Source of the DNA: Caecitellus pseudoparvulus
Lineage: Eukaryota > Protista > Bigyra: Bicosoecida
DNA length: 64,000 nt
NCBI GenBank assembly: GCA_965644315.1
Contig: CBFFRQ010000064.1
Coordinates: forward strand, 310,001-374,000
Direction: 5' to 3'
In this document: one piece after another, positions 24,248 to 36,158 of the stretch
Layout of the letters: every line of letters begins with the position of its first letter
Position numbering within the stretch: the first letter of the stretch is position 1
The notes under the pieces: model-generated
The model's input: only the letters and a program-made list of their open reading frames with translations
Told to the model about the DNA's origin: nothing
Database searches by the model: none
Position numbers and translations under genes: made by a program

Positions 24248-25124
24248 TCAGTTGCCGGCCAGGATCCACGCCTCGTCCACGGTGGTGTACTCCACCAGCT
24301 CCTCGGGGGTGAACCAGTTGGCGATCTCAGCCTGGGCAGACTCGGGGCCATCAGAGCCGTGGATGATGTTGCGGCCCACCTGCACGCACAGGTCGCCACG
24401 GATGGAGCCGGGGGTGGAGTCCAGGGGGTTGGTGGTGCCCATCAGCTTGCGGCCGCCCTTGATGCAGTTGGTGCCCTCCCACACCATGGCCACGATGGGG
24501 CCAGAGGAGAAGAAGTCCACCAGCCCGTCGAAAAAGGGCTTGGAGGACAGGTCGGCGTAGTGCGCAGAGGCCAGCTCCTTGGTTGGGTGCACCATCTTCA
24601 GGCCCACCAGCTTCCACCCCTTGGCCTCGAAGCGGCGGATGATCTCGCCGACCAGCTTGCGCTGCACCGCGTCGGGCTTGCAGGCGATGAAGGTGCGCTC
24701 CTTAGCAGTGCCGGGGACGCCCGTGTGGGGGGCAGCCGTGGCGCACATGACAGGGGCTGCCACGAAGGAAGTGGCGGCAGTGACGGCAGCGGCGGAGGCG
24801 GCGACGGCAGCGACTCTGTGCGATGGGGGGGGCAAGTTCACGTGCTTGGGCTGCGGGCGCTGGATACCTAGGCACTGGGCAGCAGCTCGGAGAAGAGGCC
24901 GTATTCCAAGTGTGCGCGTCAAGCGCGCGGTGGCACTTGGCGTGTCAGCAGCGCGCGGCGGAACTTGACTGAACAAGTGGGCAGGCACTCACGGCTTGGC
25001 GTAAGCCTGTGCAGAGGAGCAAGAGGGTGGGGGAGGTGGCATGCGTGGTTCAGTGAGCGATTTTCGGAACTGCACGTACGGCAGCGGCGCGGAAGGCCGT
25101 GGAGGCGGCGCGGCGGAAAGCCAT
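24248..25124 (-). CDS. NDK: Nucleoside diphosphate kinase with mitochondrial-type presequence (3 exons including a 14-nt microexon)
   Basis: [27 protein letters not shown]; upstream exon [15 protein letters not shown]. Confidence 0.95.
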
Positions 25125-25379
25125 GTTGGACGTGGAGGAATGCACTGAAGGGGCTGCAGGGTACTGCTAGAGCGGCGAGTGCGAGCAGGGCAAGGAAGTA
25201 TCTGGATTCGTTGAAGTGCCACGATGACCACTTTTGCTGCACTGGACTTGCACTTGGCCTGCCTTGACCGGGAGGGGCCTGAGGTGTCGTGAGGGGGGGA
25301 TGCTATCTTGCTGCAGCCCAGGCACAGAGGGGTCCCAGTGGTGCAGCCAACGGATGCGGGCAGCATACGTGCCGCGGCA

Positions 25380-25958
25380 TCAGCGCAGCAAATCATCGAA
25401 CGAGCTGCCAGACCCTGCTTTCTTGGAGGCAGAGTCCGGCAGCACCGACTCCAAGCCGTACAGCTGCGCCTTCAAGCCTGCCACACCCTTCAGCTTGGTC
25501 ATCTTGGTCGCCAGCTCGTACTTGGCAGCATAGTCCTGGGCCTGCAGCGGTACCTTGTCGGGGATGGTCAAACCCACCCGGGCGGCTGCCGCCTCCCGGT
25601 ACGCCTTGGAGTCAATGTCCACCTGGCCGTATTGTACGATGAGGCCCTGCGCAGAGCAAGGGCAGGCGTGAAAGTGAAGCGGCCGAGGAGGCAGCAGGCC
25701 AGGTTATCGTGGACGCACCCGCTGCTCCTTGATGGCGCGCAAATAGTCGAGGAACTCAGTGGCTTGAGCTCGCGCTGTGCGTGCTGCGGCCTTTTCGGCG
25801 TGCATGGCAGCTCGGTACGAGTCCAGCACTGCCGTCGACCACTGCGAGACATTCTGCTGCGGGGGAAAGCCTGCTACATTGTGCACCTCATCCCTCAGGT
25901 GGCGCAAGATGCTGCGGGCGACGCTGAGCGTCTTGGCCCGCACTCGAGCAGATGCCAT
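25380..25958 (-). CDS. FMC1: FMC1-like mitochondrial complex V assembly factor (LYR-related), 1 intron
   Basis: ARSILRHL...ATEFLDYLRAIKEQR/GLIVQYG...AAARVGLTIP matches the FMC1 pattern. Confidence 0.7.
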
Positions 25959-26392
25959 GGCGTGCCCAGCGTTTCGCTGCACCAAGCCAGGTCCGGGGGC
26001 AGCAGCTGCCTGACGCCCCTGGACGAAACGGACGGGGAGCAAGAACACAGGAATCTAAAGATACACGAGGGGAGGGGGCGCTGGTGTTGGTGCTGGAATG
26101 TGCATTAGTCAGGGGAGTGCAGGCAGCCTGCCAGAGTAGGCACGCATGGCGTTTCGCACTTCGCAGTGCTGGCTGCTCTTCGATCAGGCACCGCAGCAAC
26201 TGTCTCCTCTGTGAAAAACCCAGCAGCAGCGCGGAATGCAGTGTATAGGGAGAACGCGGTACAGCACCACCTGGACGTGCTGCCAGCCTTCCAGCCAGCA
26301 CTGCGAGTCGAGCCACGACGCAGACCGTATTGCCAGCACGGGAGGCGCGAAGTGCACGCTTGCAGCAGGCTGAAGCGGCGGGTACTGGTTCC

Positions 26393-28870
26393 ATGGCTTC
26401 CCCAGACCGAAGAGCGCCCGTGGCGCAGCAAAGAATTTCTGTCGCAATTGTCGGGGCCGGCTCGCGAGGCAAGGTACGGTGCGGTGCCTGCCCTTCATGC
26501 CGGTGCGGAGGAAGCACCCTTTGTTCTGAGCCCACAGACATACGCTCGCTATGGCTTGGAGCGCCCAGACCTCATGCAAGTTGTGTCTGTTGCCGAGCCC
26601 AGACCGTTCCACCGGGAGCTCATCTCCAAGCGGTGCGTGGGCTGCGCAAGGCAGTCAGCGTGGTGGGAGCAGCATCGCACAACGGGCGGCAAGCCTTCTG
26701 CGCAGATTCGGCATCCCGGACACCCTGGCTTTTGACGACTGGAAGGCTTTGGCTGCCAAAGAACGTGTAGCTGACGCTGCCATTATCGCGACTCAAGACC
26801 ACATGCACGTTGGCCCCTGCGTGGTGCGTGGCAAGGGTGGAAAGAGGCCCCAACTTCCGCAGCAACTTCCGCACTGGCGAGCAACACACCCCCTCCGCTC
26901 TGCAGGCTCTGGCGGACAAGGGATACCACATCCTACTGGAGAAGCCCATGGCTGTGACATCGCAAGACTGCAGGCGCATCGTTGAGGCTGTGAAGCGCAA
27001 TGGCGTCATCCTCGCCGTTGGCCACGTGCTGCGGTACACGCCGTACATGCAGAAGATGAAGGAACTCATCGCCTCGGGGGTCATTGGGGAGGTGGTGAAT
27101 GTGCAGCACCTGGAACCCATTGGGAACTGGCACTTTGCGCACTCCTACGTGCGCGGCTCCTGGCGCCGGGAGGATGAAAGCACCTTCATGCTCATGGCCA
27201 AGTGCTGCCACGATGTGGATTTGATCCGGTACATCATGGACAAGCCCTGCACTCGCGTGTCCTCCTTCGGCGCCCTCACCCACTTCAAACCTGAGAAGAA
27301 GCCGCCCGAGTCTGGCTCTGCCGTGCGCTGCCTGGACTGCCCCCTGCAGGACTCTTGTCCCTACTCTGCCAAAACCATCTACCTACAGCGCGCCCAGAAC
27401 GACTACTTTGCCTGGCCAGTGGCCATGCTGCTGGACGGCGAGCCGTCCGTCCCTGCAGTGGAGGCGGCCCTACGCACGGGGCCGTACGGCCGCTGTGTGT
27501 GGGCCTGCGACAATGACGTGGCGGACCACCAAGTGGTCAGCATGGAGTTTGAGGGGGGCGCCTCCGCCACCCTCACGACGACTGCCTTCACCGAAGCCAT
27601 CTGCCAGCGCCGCACACGGGTGTTCGGGAGCCTGGGCGAGCTCAACGGGGACGGAGACAGCACCATCCGGCACTTCGACTTCCGCACAGGCAAGGCCACC
27701 CTGCACGAGCTGCCTGGGGCACCGCCCGAAACAGGCATCACGGGGCACAATGGCGCAGACTACTTCCTCATTGAGTCCTTCGTGAGGGCAGTGGCTACGC
27801 TGGACCCGACTGCCGTGCTCTCGGGCCCGGACGAAACCCTGGAGTCCCACCTCATCGTCTTCGCAGCTGAGGCGGCACGCCGTGCAGGCGTCGTCGTGTC
27901 AGTGCAGGACGTCCTCTCCGCCGGCATCGCGCCCGCTGTGGCCAGTGCGACTGCCGTTGCCGTGGGGGCCAAAGTCGCGGCGTCTGGCCAGGCCACGGCT
28001 GTCAGCCAAGCCCAGAGCGAGGCTGCCATCCACATCCCGCCCGTTGCCGGGTCTGCCGCACCCCTCTCTGCGCCCCACACGCTCACCCCGCCCCTGTCGG
28101 CCGCCTCGCCGCTCCTGGGCTCCAGCTGGGGCATGCCTGGCTTGCCTGGTACAGTGCCACCCGCCTCGTCGGGGGCGCCTTCCCTCCCCCCCGGCTCCAC
28201 GGTGACGGCGCACATTGCCACTGCAAGTGGCGGGCAGCCGCCCGTGACCACTGAATCGGGCCACAGCCTCGTCACGGTGACATCCTCAGCGCCCATGCGA
28301 GATGCTGAGGCCTTGCCAGGCGGTTTGGAGGACCAGGACGTTGTGTTGGAGGGGGATGCCTCGCAGCCCCTGGCTCAGGTGCCCCTTGTGCACGCCGCGG
28401 TGTCCAGCGAATCCGCGCGGGGGCTGGGCGCAGTGCCAGTGAGCATATCCACAACTCCCTCAGGCATGCGCAGCCCGACTGTAAACTCCCAGGCGCAGCT
28501 GCCTGCCGTGGCTGCGTCTGGGGGGGGTGCCTGGGCTGTGTCCTCCCCTCTCAGCGCGAGCCAGGGCTCCCCGCACATGCCTGCGGGTGTGCTGCCGGCG
28601 ACCATTTCGGTCTCAATTTCTGCCCATGACGAACAGAAGCGCTCAGGCTTCTCACAGGGGCCAGCAGACACGGCAGGAGTTGCCATGGTGCCAGTCGCCG
28701 CTGCAGTGGGAAGCGTGCTGGGCGCCATCCACTCCGTCACCAGCGCGACACCGCGCGCCACGGCCGTGGGTGGGCCCTTTGCTCCATCTCACTCTGCCTC
28801 CATCCCGACAGGGGACGAAGGGGAGGACCTGCTGCTTGATAGCTCGGTAGGCAAGTCCACTGCTCCTTGA
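26393..28870 (+). CDS. Gfo/Idh/MocA family oxidoreductase with long Ser/Ala/Pro-rich tail
   Basis: VAIVGAGSRG, IIATQD, ILLEKPMA, VGHVLRY, HSYVRGSWR, KCCHDVD, GPYGRCVW, GHNGAD. Confidence 0.92.
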
Positions 28871-28911
28871 CCGGCAGGCGCTGGCTGTAGGCGGGGTAAA
28901 TACACGTCAAA

Positions 28912-30054
28912 TCACTCCCACTGGGTCAATGGCAGGTGTCTCAACACCTCCCGGCGCTGGGCCTCAGTACACAGGCTGCCTTGGGTGCTGGCAGAGCCAC
29001 GGCTGTCCACGCTCAGCAGGCACCGCAGCCCACCCTCGACACGTTGAGGTGGGTGTGGTGGGGAAGCCGTGGCGGCACTTGCCGCAGATGGTGAGCAGTG
29101 AGCCCCCTCGGCCCAAGCTGCAGGGAGCATGTCGTGCGAGCAACTTGATCCCTGACTGGCGTGGTGGGCAAGTATGGTGACGCCTGGGATAGTTTGAGTG
29201 CCCACATCGCAGCAGACGCCCTGCAGGGCAGGCCCACAACCTTGAGACACAACGGCTGTCCGTGCTTGCACGCCCACATGGCAGGGAGTGGCGCGGGCTT
29301 TCGCTGAAAAGTTGGGCTGCGAGAGGCAGAACTCTGGCTTTGGTTGCTGGTGCCTCGAAGCGTCTGCAGCTGGCGGCGCCTCACGACCTGCGCTGGCGTG
29401 TGGAGACTTGCTACCCCCATGAACAGGTGGCGTTCGTGCTGGCTCACCTGACCATGGTGACAGTGCAAAGCTCTGCCAGGATCCGGGAGAACTGGAGGCG
29501 GGGCTGGGCGCTCTGACTGGCAAGCACAGAGACGACTTCACCAGCGCAGCTGTGCCATTTCCACTCCCGTTCCTCGCCAAGTCACCCATACCGCTCAGAG
29601 CAGACACCTCTGACCCTGGGGAGTTGCACTCGGCAGCATTGTCTGGCAGGCCTTGGCTCAGGAACGACGCAAGCTGGGGCACTCGGCTGTTGACAGAAGG
29701 AGACTGAGACGGCGCGCTGCCCAGCAGCCGCCCTTGCTGGTGAAGGCTGAAGGCCAAAGAGACCTGCTAGCAAGGCGATACTCCGGAATATTCACGCGCG
29801 GGCTCCTCGGGCTGTGGCTGGGAGCCCTGCGCAACGATTTGGCAACGCACCAACACCGGCTTCCGCGAAGCACTCGTTCTAATGCCGCAGGCTGCGATGA
29901 GCCTTCTCAGCTCTGGGATAGAAAACGCATTGGAAATCGCATACTCTGTCAGCTGCTTGCCCAGCAGCCGCTCACGAAGCTGGCGCAGCTCCCAAGCCTC
30001 CCCTGACGATGCAAGCCCGCGGAGCATTCCTTGCCGCTGAGAGGCTGCAGCCAT
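28912..30054 (-). CDS. Hypothetical protein with possible N-terminal SAP/HeH-like motif
   Basis: SIPELRRLIAACGIRTSASRKPVL resembles SAP; followed by a GT-AG interval and a 281-aa low-complexity ORF. Confidence 0.4.
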
Positions 30055-30317
30055 GGCAGCACTCCCAAGAAGAAAGTGGCAGTGAAAGCTTGGGAGCTGA
30101 CTGAGTACCACAAGGAGGCGCGACACCGGTTGGGATGGGTGGATTTGCGGCGGAGCAGAAGCTGCCAGGCTGCCAGTTGTGCAGCGCAAGCAAGGCTGAG
30201 CAACGCCAGACACCCGACACAATCTGTGGCAGGAGTGACGGCCTGACACGGGAGCCCCTGGATGGGAACCCAACTGGACTTTTGCCCTGCACTTCCAACC
30301 CGCCAGTGGAATCACTC

Positions 30318-31382
30318 ATGGCGTCTGAGCACTACCTTGCTGCTGGTGCTTCGCCGGCGTTTCCTCAAAGACGCCTGAGTGACCCAACCCGATACAAGAC
30401 CCGCATGTGCCACTTCATCCTAAGGGGACACCCTTGCCCTGATGCGGACAGCTGCACGTTTGCACACCATGAAACAGAACTGCGGAAGGGCGTTGTTGCT
30501 GCGACGTTGGGCGGGCAAGGGGCCCATGGTGGTGCAGTTGGCAAGTCGAATCCAGCCCTTCGCAACCCCCGATTCAAGACGCGCATCTGCGTACACTGGG
30601 CGAAGAGCAATGGCAGGTGGTGTCCTCTTGGGGACCGCTGCAAGTTTGCGCACGGAGAGGTGCGTGGCCCAGTGTCTCCCAGCGCTGCCTGGTCCGCATG
30701 CCAGGCGTGCCCTCTCCCCTCTCCCAGGAAGAGCTGAGATGCGCATTCCCCACTTCAGACGAAGGAGTTGGAGCATTCCCTCCGACAGGCATAAACACAG
30801 GTGCGTGCGGCGATGAGAGCTCGGGCTGTGCACGGCCCACACACCTCACGTGGGCGAATGGCCACAGGACCCCAAGAAGGCAGCTCAGCTCAGATGGCGC
30901 CCTACAAGCCAGAATACTCAGCTGATACCATCCCAAGCTGGGTTGCTTGTCCAGCTCCGTGGCAATCGCAGCCGACACTTGATCCCATGGGCAAGCAACG
31001 CCCCTCCCTGGATGGTTTCACTATCCCCCCCCAGCATTGCCCCCCGCTGGCACAAGTGACCATGAAACCGTGCACCACATTCGTCCCCCTTCCGCGCCGT
31101 GTCCCAGGCTCCCTCAAGATGGCTTCCATCTCCGCCCCACATGCACCGGTCACATCGCTCCCCGCCACGCTTGACGACAGCCCCTGGTCAACACCGACCG
31201 AGAGGTTAACAAGGAGCGGCACCGTGGACTCGGCCACATCGGATGAGAAGTCATCCTCCTCTGCGAGTCAAACAAGCTGGACGAATGCGGGCGCGTGCGA
31301 GCACCATGCACAAAGCGCGGCACAGCTGGCAGCCACCCTGCACAGCCTCGGCATTCCTCTTGAGGAGGGGGAGGACTTGTAG
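30318..31382 (+). CDS. Tandem CCCH zinc-finger RNA-binding protein (ZFP36/TTP-like)
   Basis: RYKTRMC-x8-C-x5-C-x3-H and RFKTRIC...C...CKFAHG; downstream exon structure uncertain. Confidence 0.8.
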
Positions 31383-31868
31383 CCTGCCACGGCCCCGTTC
31401 CAACCCCCCCCTTCAGCGTTTCTTCGTCAACTCAGCACTGTGCTCACTTGTGCGTCTCTGTCCCCTGTGGCCCCTATCGTGACATGTTCGCCGGCTCCAC
31501 CTTGGGCAGGGACGGCTGTTGCCGCCCCTCTTGCCCCACAGTCAATTCACAGCCAGCAGCAGCTTCTTCTTTGTGGCACTGCTCTAGTTTTGCTTGCTGC
31601 AATGGCTCATTGAGCTGGGGGTCCCCACAGCTGCTTCACAGATGCACGAGTGCAGGGTGCTCTACGAGCCACGTGGCAGCGCAGTGCTCGAGCCGGGCCT
31701 CACCAAAAGCTCAAAACCAATCTGCTTGTTTCAATTGGCCGAGGACCCTTGCCCTGCTGAGTTGCACTGCCTGTTTCCCAGCCTGCAGTCCCAGCAGGAC
31801 CGCGGCGCAGGCGGCAAGGTAGCTCGCGACTGGCTTGTGTGACTGGGGCGGCGTGATTGGGGCCTGTC

Positions 31869-33704
31869 ATGGCAGCGAAGCGCGGGAAAGTCAGCCGTGT
31901 CGCTTTAGTGACACGTGCGATGGCTGGGCTGCTTCTGATGTCTCTTGCCGGAAACTTATGGTTCATGGCCAGCACGGGGTGCACCACAGCCTTGCAGGTG
32001 CGGCGAGGTGCGGTGTCGCGCTCAGCATGCAATCACACCACAGTCCTGCCAACCCCAACCACAGACTCTCGAGGCGGAAGTCTCGAAACTGCGAGCTGCG
32101 CAGACGCGGGACACGCAGAACGTACGTACCTCTGGGTCTTCGCGTGGAGTTTCATGCTCGTTTCACAGGCTGCAGCTTTCTTCGCAGGATGCCGTCGGCA
32201 GCCCAAAACAGCGCACCGCAGGCCAGGACTCCCCTGCACACGAACCAGTGCACGATTTGAATCCTCATGGCCCGCTCACAGCACAGCCTCCCCCGTCGCC
32301 CTGGGACGAGGCGCCTGCTTCAGCTGGCCTGCGAGGCAAGCAGCCAGTCACCGCCCCTCCGTCCGTCTCCAACGAGCCAGCGCCTGCTGTCGCGACTGGC
32401 ATGGAGGCCTTCACTTTGCTCATCATTTGCTACAATCGCCCGGAGTATTTGCGCCGCACCCTTCGTGGCATTGGTGCTGCCTGGCCTACAACGGGCACTG
32501 GCCCTCACATCCTGCTCTCGCAAGACGGCAACGACCCAGGTGTCTCAGCAGTGGCAGCCCAGGGCGCTGCGCTGGTGCAGGAAGGGCAGGCAGCACAGGC
32601 CTCACAGGCCCCTATCACATACCAACACGTGCAGCACCAGCAGACCCGCGCGCCTGGTGACGACCCTTCCGGGTACTCGGCTCTGGCCAGGCATTTCGGC
32701 TGGGCGATCTCGGAGGCTTTCAAGCGCCCTGAAGCTCAGTACGTCATCATCGTGGAGGACGACTTGGAGGTTGCTGTGGATTTCTTCGGCTACTTTGCCG
32801 CCGTCGCCCCCGTCCTGCGTGCTGACCCCACTCTGCTAGCGGCTTCAGCATACAACGACATGGGCCAGAGGAGCTTCGTCGGCAACCCTGCGCGAGTGCT
32901 GCGTTCTGACTTCTTCCCAGGGCTGGGGTGGATGTTGACCCGGCATGTCTGGGCTGAGTTGGGCCCGAAGTGGCCGTCTGGGTATTGGGATGACTGGCTC
33001 AGGGAGCCCCCGCAACGGCAGGGTGAGTTGGCGCTGGGGCGTGACTGCCACACACGCACGCCCCCGCACACGGCAGCTCACACACCCACCATCGCACAGG
33101 CCGGCAAGTTCTGCACCCTGAAGTCAGCCGCACGCGCACGTTTGGGGAGAAGGGCGTGTCTCGGGCGCAGTTCTTTCACAAGTACCTAGGCAACATCCAC
33201 CTCAACAGCGCCAAGGTGGACTGGCCGAGCCAGGACCTTCGCTACCTCCAGAAGCAGTCATGGGACGCTAGCCTCAAGCAGCTCGTCGCAGCTGCGAAAG
33301 TCGAGTCCAGCGCCCAGGCCCTGCTTGCTGCAACATGCCCTGCTGACGACCTGGGGCCGGTTTTGCAGGGCGACAGCCCGGCGACGTGGAGTGGCTGGCT
33401 CCCCCCGTCCACACTTCGGGATGCGGCGGCCCTGTCCAGCAGAGTCTTGAAGGTGGAGTACTCTGGCTTCAACGGGCCCCGTGGATACGAGTCCCTCGCT
33501 CAGGTACGTCTGCAGCTGCCCAGTCGGCTGCACCTGCGCCACTCGCAGCCCCACATGCTCTGCTCACAGCAAATCGGAGTGATATCGGATGTCAAGGCCC
33601 GTGTTCCACGCACCGCATACAAAGGTGTGGTGGCCCTTCGTCACAACTCCTGCATCAAGCTGCTGGTGCCAGCCCAGTGGAGCATTGACTTTGACTCTCA
33701 GTGA
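31869..33704 (+). CDS. MGAT1: Alpha-1,3-mannosyl-glycoprotein beta-1,2-N-acetylglucosaminyltransferase I (GT13)
   Basis: Type II TM anchor, CYNRPEYL, SQDG, VEDDL, RSDFFPGLGWML, YWDDWLREP, VPRTAYKGVV. Confidence 0.95.
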
Positions 33705-34009
33705 AGAGCAGTCGGGAACAATACGCCGCTGCTGAAGTGGAGTGGGTGCTGCGGAGTTTCAGACTCCGACCGCAAAGCGCATGCCAGGGACACTTTTTGC
33801 GTGCTCTCTTCAACCAATTTCAGCGCAATATACTGTTGGGTGCTCCCCTTTCACTTCATGCCCCAGGCCTTGCGCCGCGACCACTGGCAAGCCCCAGTGG
33901 GCTCTCTCACGGTGCCGGCACTTCACTTCCCCCAGACGAGCGTGAAACGCTGCTCTTAAGCTGCCGCTTGTCGGCTGCCAGTGCCGCGAGTGGCAACGCT
34001 CAGGGCAGC

Positions 34010-34930
34010 ATGGAGGCCAAAAATATATCCAGTGAGCAAGGGCGTCCGAAAAGCAGCGCTGAACGTGCCGAACACAGGTGAGGGCCTGGTGCTCAGCTGA
34101 TGTGCTTGATGTGTGCGGCGACAACACCTTCACTGCTTGGGCACGCCTCGGCACGGCGCAGGCGCTATTTGAATCGCATCAACCAAAGGAAGTCGCGGGC
34201 GAGGAGGAAGGCCAGGAAGCTGCAACTTGAGCAGCAGCAGACCTGGTTGAAACACCAGTTGTTCAACATGCGGGGGAGGCTGGCTGAAATGGACGCGGAG
34301 CTGTTCTCCGAGGCTCAAGTGGACACGATGCTTGCCCAAGGAGGAGCCCCTGCCCTGCTGCACGTGCCCGCGGTGCAGGCACAGCTAGCATCGGTGCAAA
34401 GCATGTACAAGGCTGGGCCCGTCGCAGCCCCTGTCCTGGCAGCATGTGAGCCGCCTTCCCTGCCAGCTGGCCACTCAGCCCCAGCCAAGCCCCTCGTGCA
34501 GCATGGCAGTTTCACAGCCGCGAGCGCCACCCAGGCGGCTGCCGCCCAGACACAGAAAGACGCACGATCAACCATCGACTCCTTGAGTGGCAGCTGGGGG
34601 CAGGCTGGCCTGCCCTTCAAGGCACCTGCGCCCCTTCCACCCCCCTCCCACACCGGCAGCAGGGGAGCCGGGCTCAGTGACTACTCCGCTGGCTCCCTGC
34701 CTTTCCTGCATTCCCAGACCGTGCCGACCTTCCCGCCCATGTCAGGGTACTCTCTGGGCTCTGAAGATGACACTTCCGGTGCCTGGTCAGGCCCGCCCCT
34801 GCAAGGCTTAGCTGGCCAGCTGCCGAGCCAGCTGGCAGATGCCTCAGACCACTTGGGTGACACAGGGGACCTGGGCCGTGGGTTCCTCGCCATGCCCGTG
34901 GACGATACATCGTCTTCCCTCGTCCAGTAG
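34010..34930 (+). CDS. bZIP transcription factor (1 intron within the basic region)
   Basis: RRYLNRINQRKSRARRK followed by heptad leucines LEQQQTWLKHQLFNMRGRL. Confidence 0.8.
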
Positions 34931-34958
34931 CGCTCCACTGCCGAATGCATTGCCAGCT

Positions 34959-36026
34959 CTACCGCCTTGCAACAGTGGCCCAGCTTGGCTTGCTCCCCCC
35001 TGTGCTGGTGGGCAAGCCTCCCGCGGTCTCAGAAGGCACAGCTGTGGGTTGGGGCTGGGGCACAGTCTCCTGGTCAGCACTTGTGGTAGGGGTGCTTGGA
35101 GCAGCGTTGCTGGTCGCTGGGGCTGTGGCTTGCGCAGCCGAACCCTTGGAGGGGGCGTCAGAGGACGCTGGTGCGGGTGCCGGCGCCGGCTTGGTCGGCG
35201 CCCGAGCCACAATGGCAGCCCAGCCAGTTGGAGCCTTGCTGGTTCCCTTTGGGGTGCCCTCTGAGTCCGAGTCAGGCGCAGGCGGGGGCACAAACGCTGA
35301 AGGCGCCGGCGCCACTGGAGCAGGGACCCTTGAAGCCACTTGCAATCGGGGCTGTGCAGACGGCGTTGCCTGGCGGCGCGCTGCAGAGGGCTGCCTCGCA
35401 CCCGCAGGCTCTGGGGATACGAAGGGTGTGTCTGGGATGGAACGGTTCGCTGCCGTGTTCATGCTTGTGGGTGCTGCAGGCGTGGACGCCACACCGTCGG
35501 GCACCTGTGCAGGGAGCAGCGGATCCAAGTTGCGTCAGATGGGCATGGCATTTCGGCATGTGACACTGCGTACCTTGGAGACCTTTGAGAACTGCTTCAG
35601 GCGCAGCAAAATGGGGTCCTCGGCCCTGCGCGGGCCACGCTGCCGAGAGTCCTTGACAACGTCCACTGTGGCATTCCGCACCACGACTGCGGAGCCGACA
35701 GCCTGCAAGGCGTCCACGTGAACTCCAGACCCTTGCAGGCGAATGCAAGCTGTGCTGTCCCCGATGTACACGTCAATGTCGCGATAGTACTCTCCATCCA
35801 TGCCAGTGTGTTCGAGCAGCGAGATGACCCTGAGCACCTTTGCCACGACATTCACGCCATGCCTAAACTTCATGCTCAGCTCTGCAATGGATGAGTACCG
35901 AGCAGGCTGGACGCTCTCGATGCAAACACTGCCATCAGCAGCAGCGTCAGGCAGAGGCTCTGCGCTGACAGTCCCCCCTGCAGCCTCACTGCCTTGGCGT
36001 GGTGTGGCTTCGGTTGTGCTGGCCAT
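34959..36026 (-). CDS. OB-fold nucleic-acid-binding protein with Pro/Ala-rich tail
   Basis: IAEL...GVNVVAKVL...IGDSTACIRL...GSAVVVRNATV (SSB/SOSS-B-like OB fold); intron near 35520-35570. Confidence 0.75.
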
Positions 36027-36158
36027 GCTTGACCCTGGTGTGCGCCGCTGCAGCACCACGACGATGCAGTGGCAATCGGCAGCATGCACATCACACCTTC
36101 TGTGGTGGCTGGACACGCGCGGTGCATTGTTTTGGGTGCAAGGCCTGATTGGAAAGGC

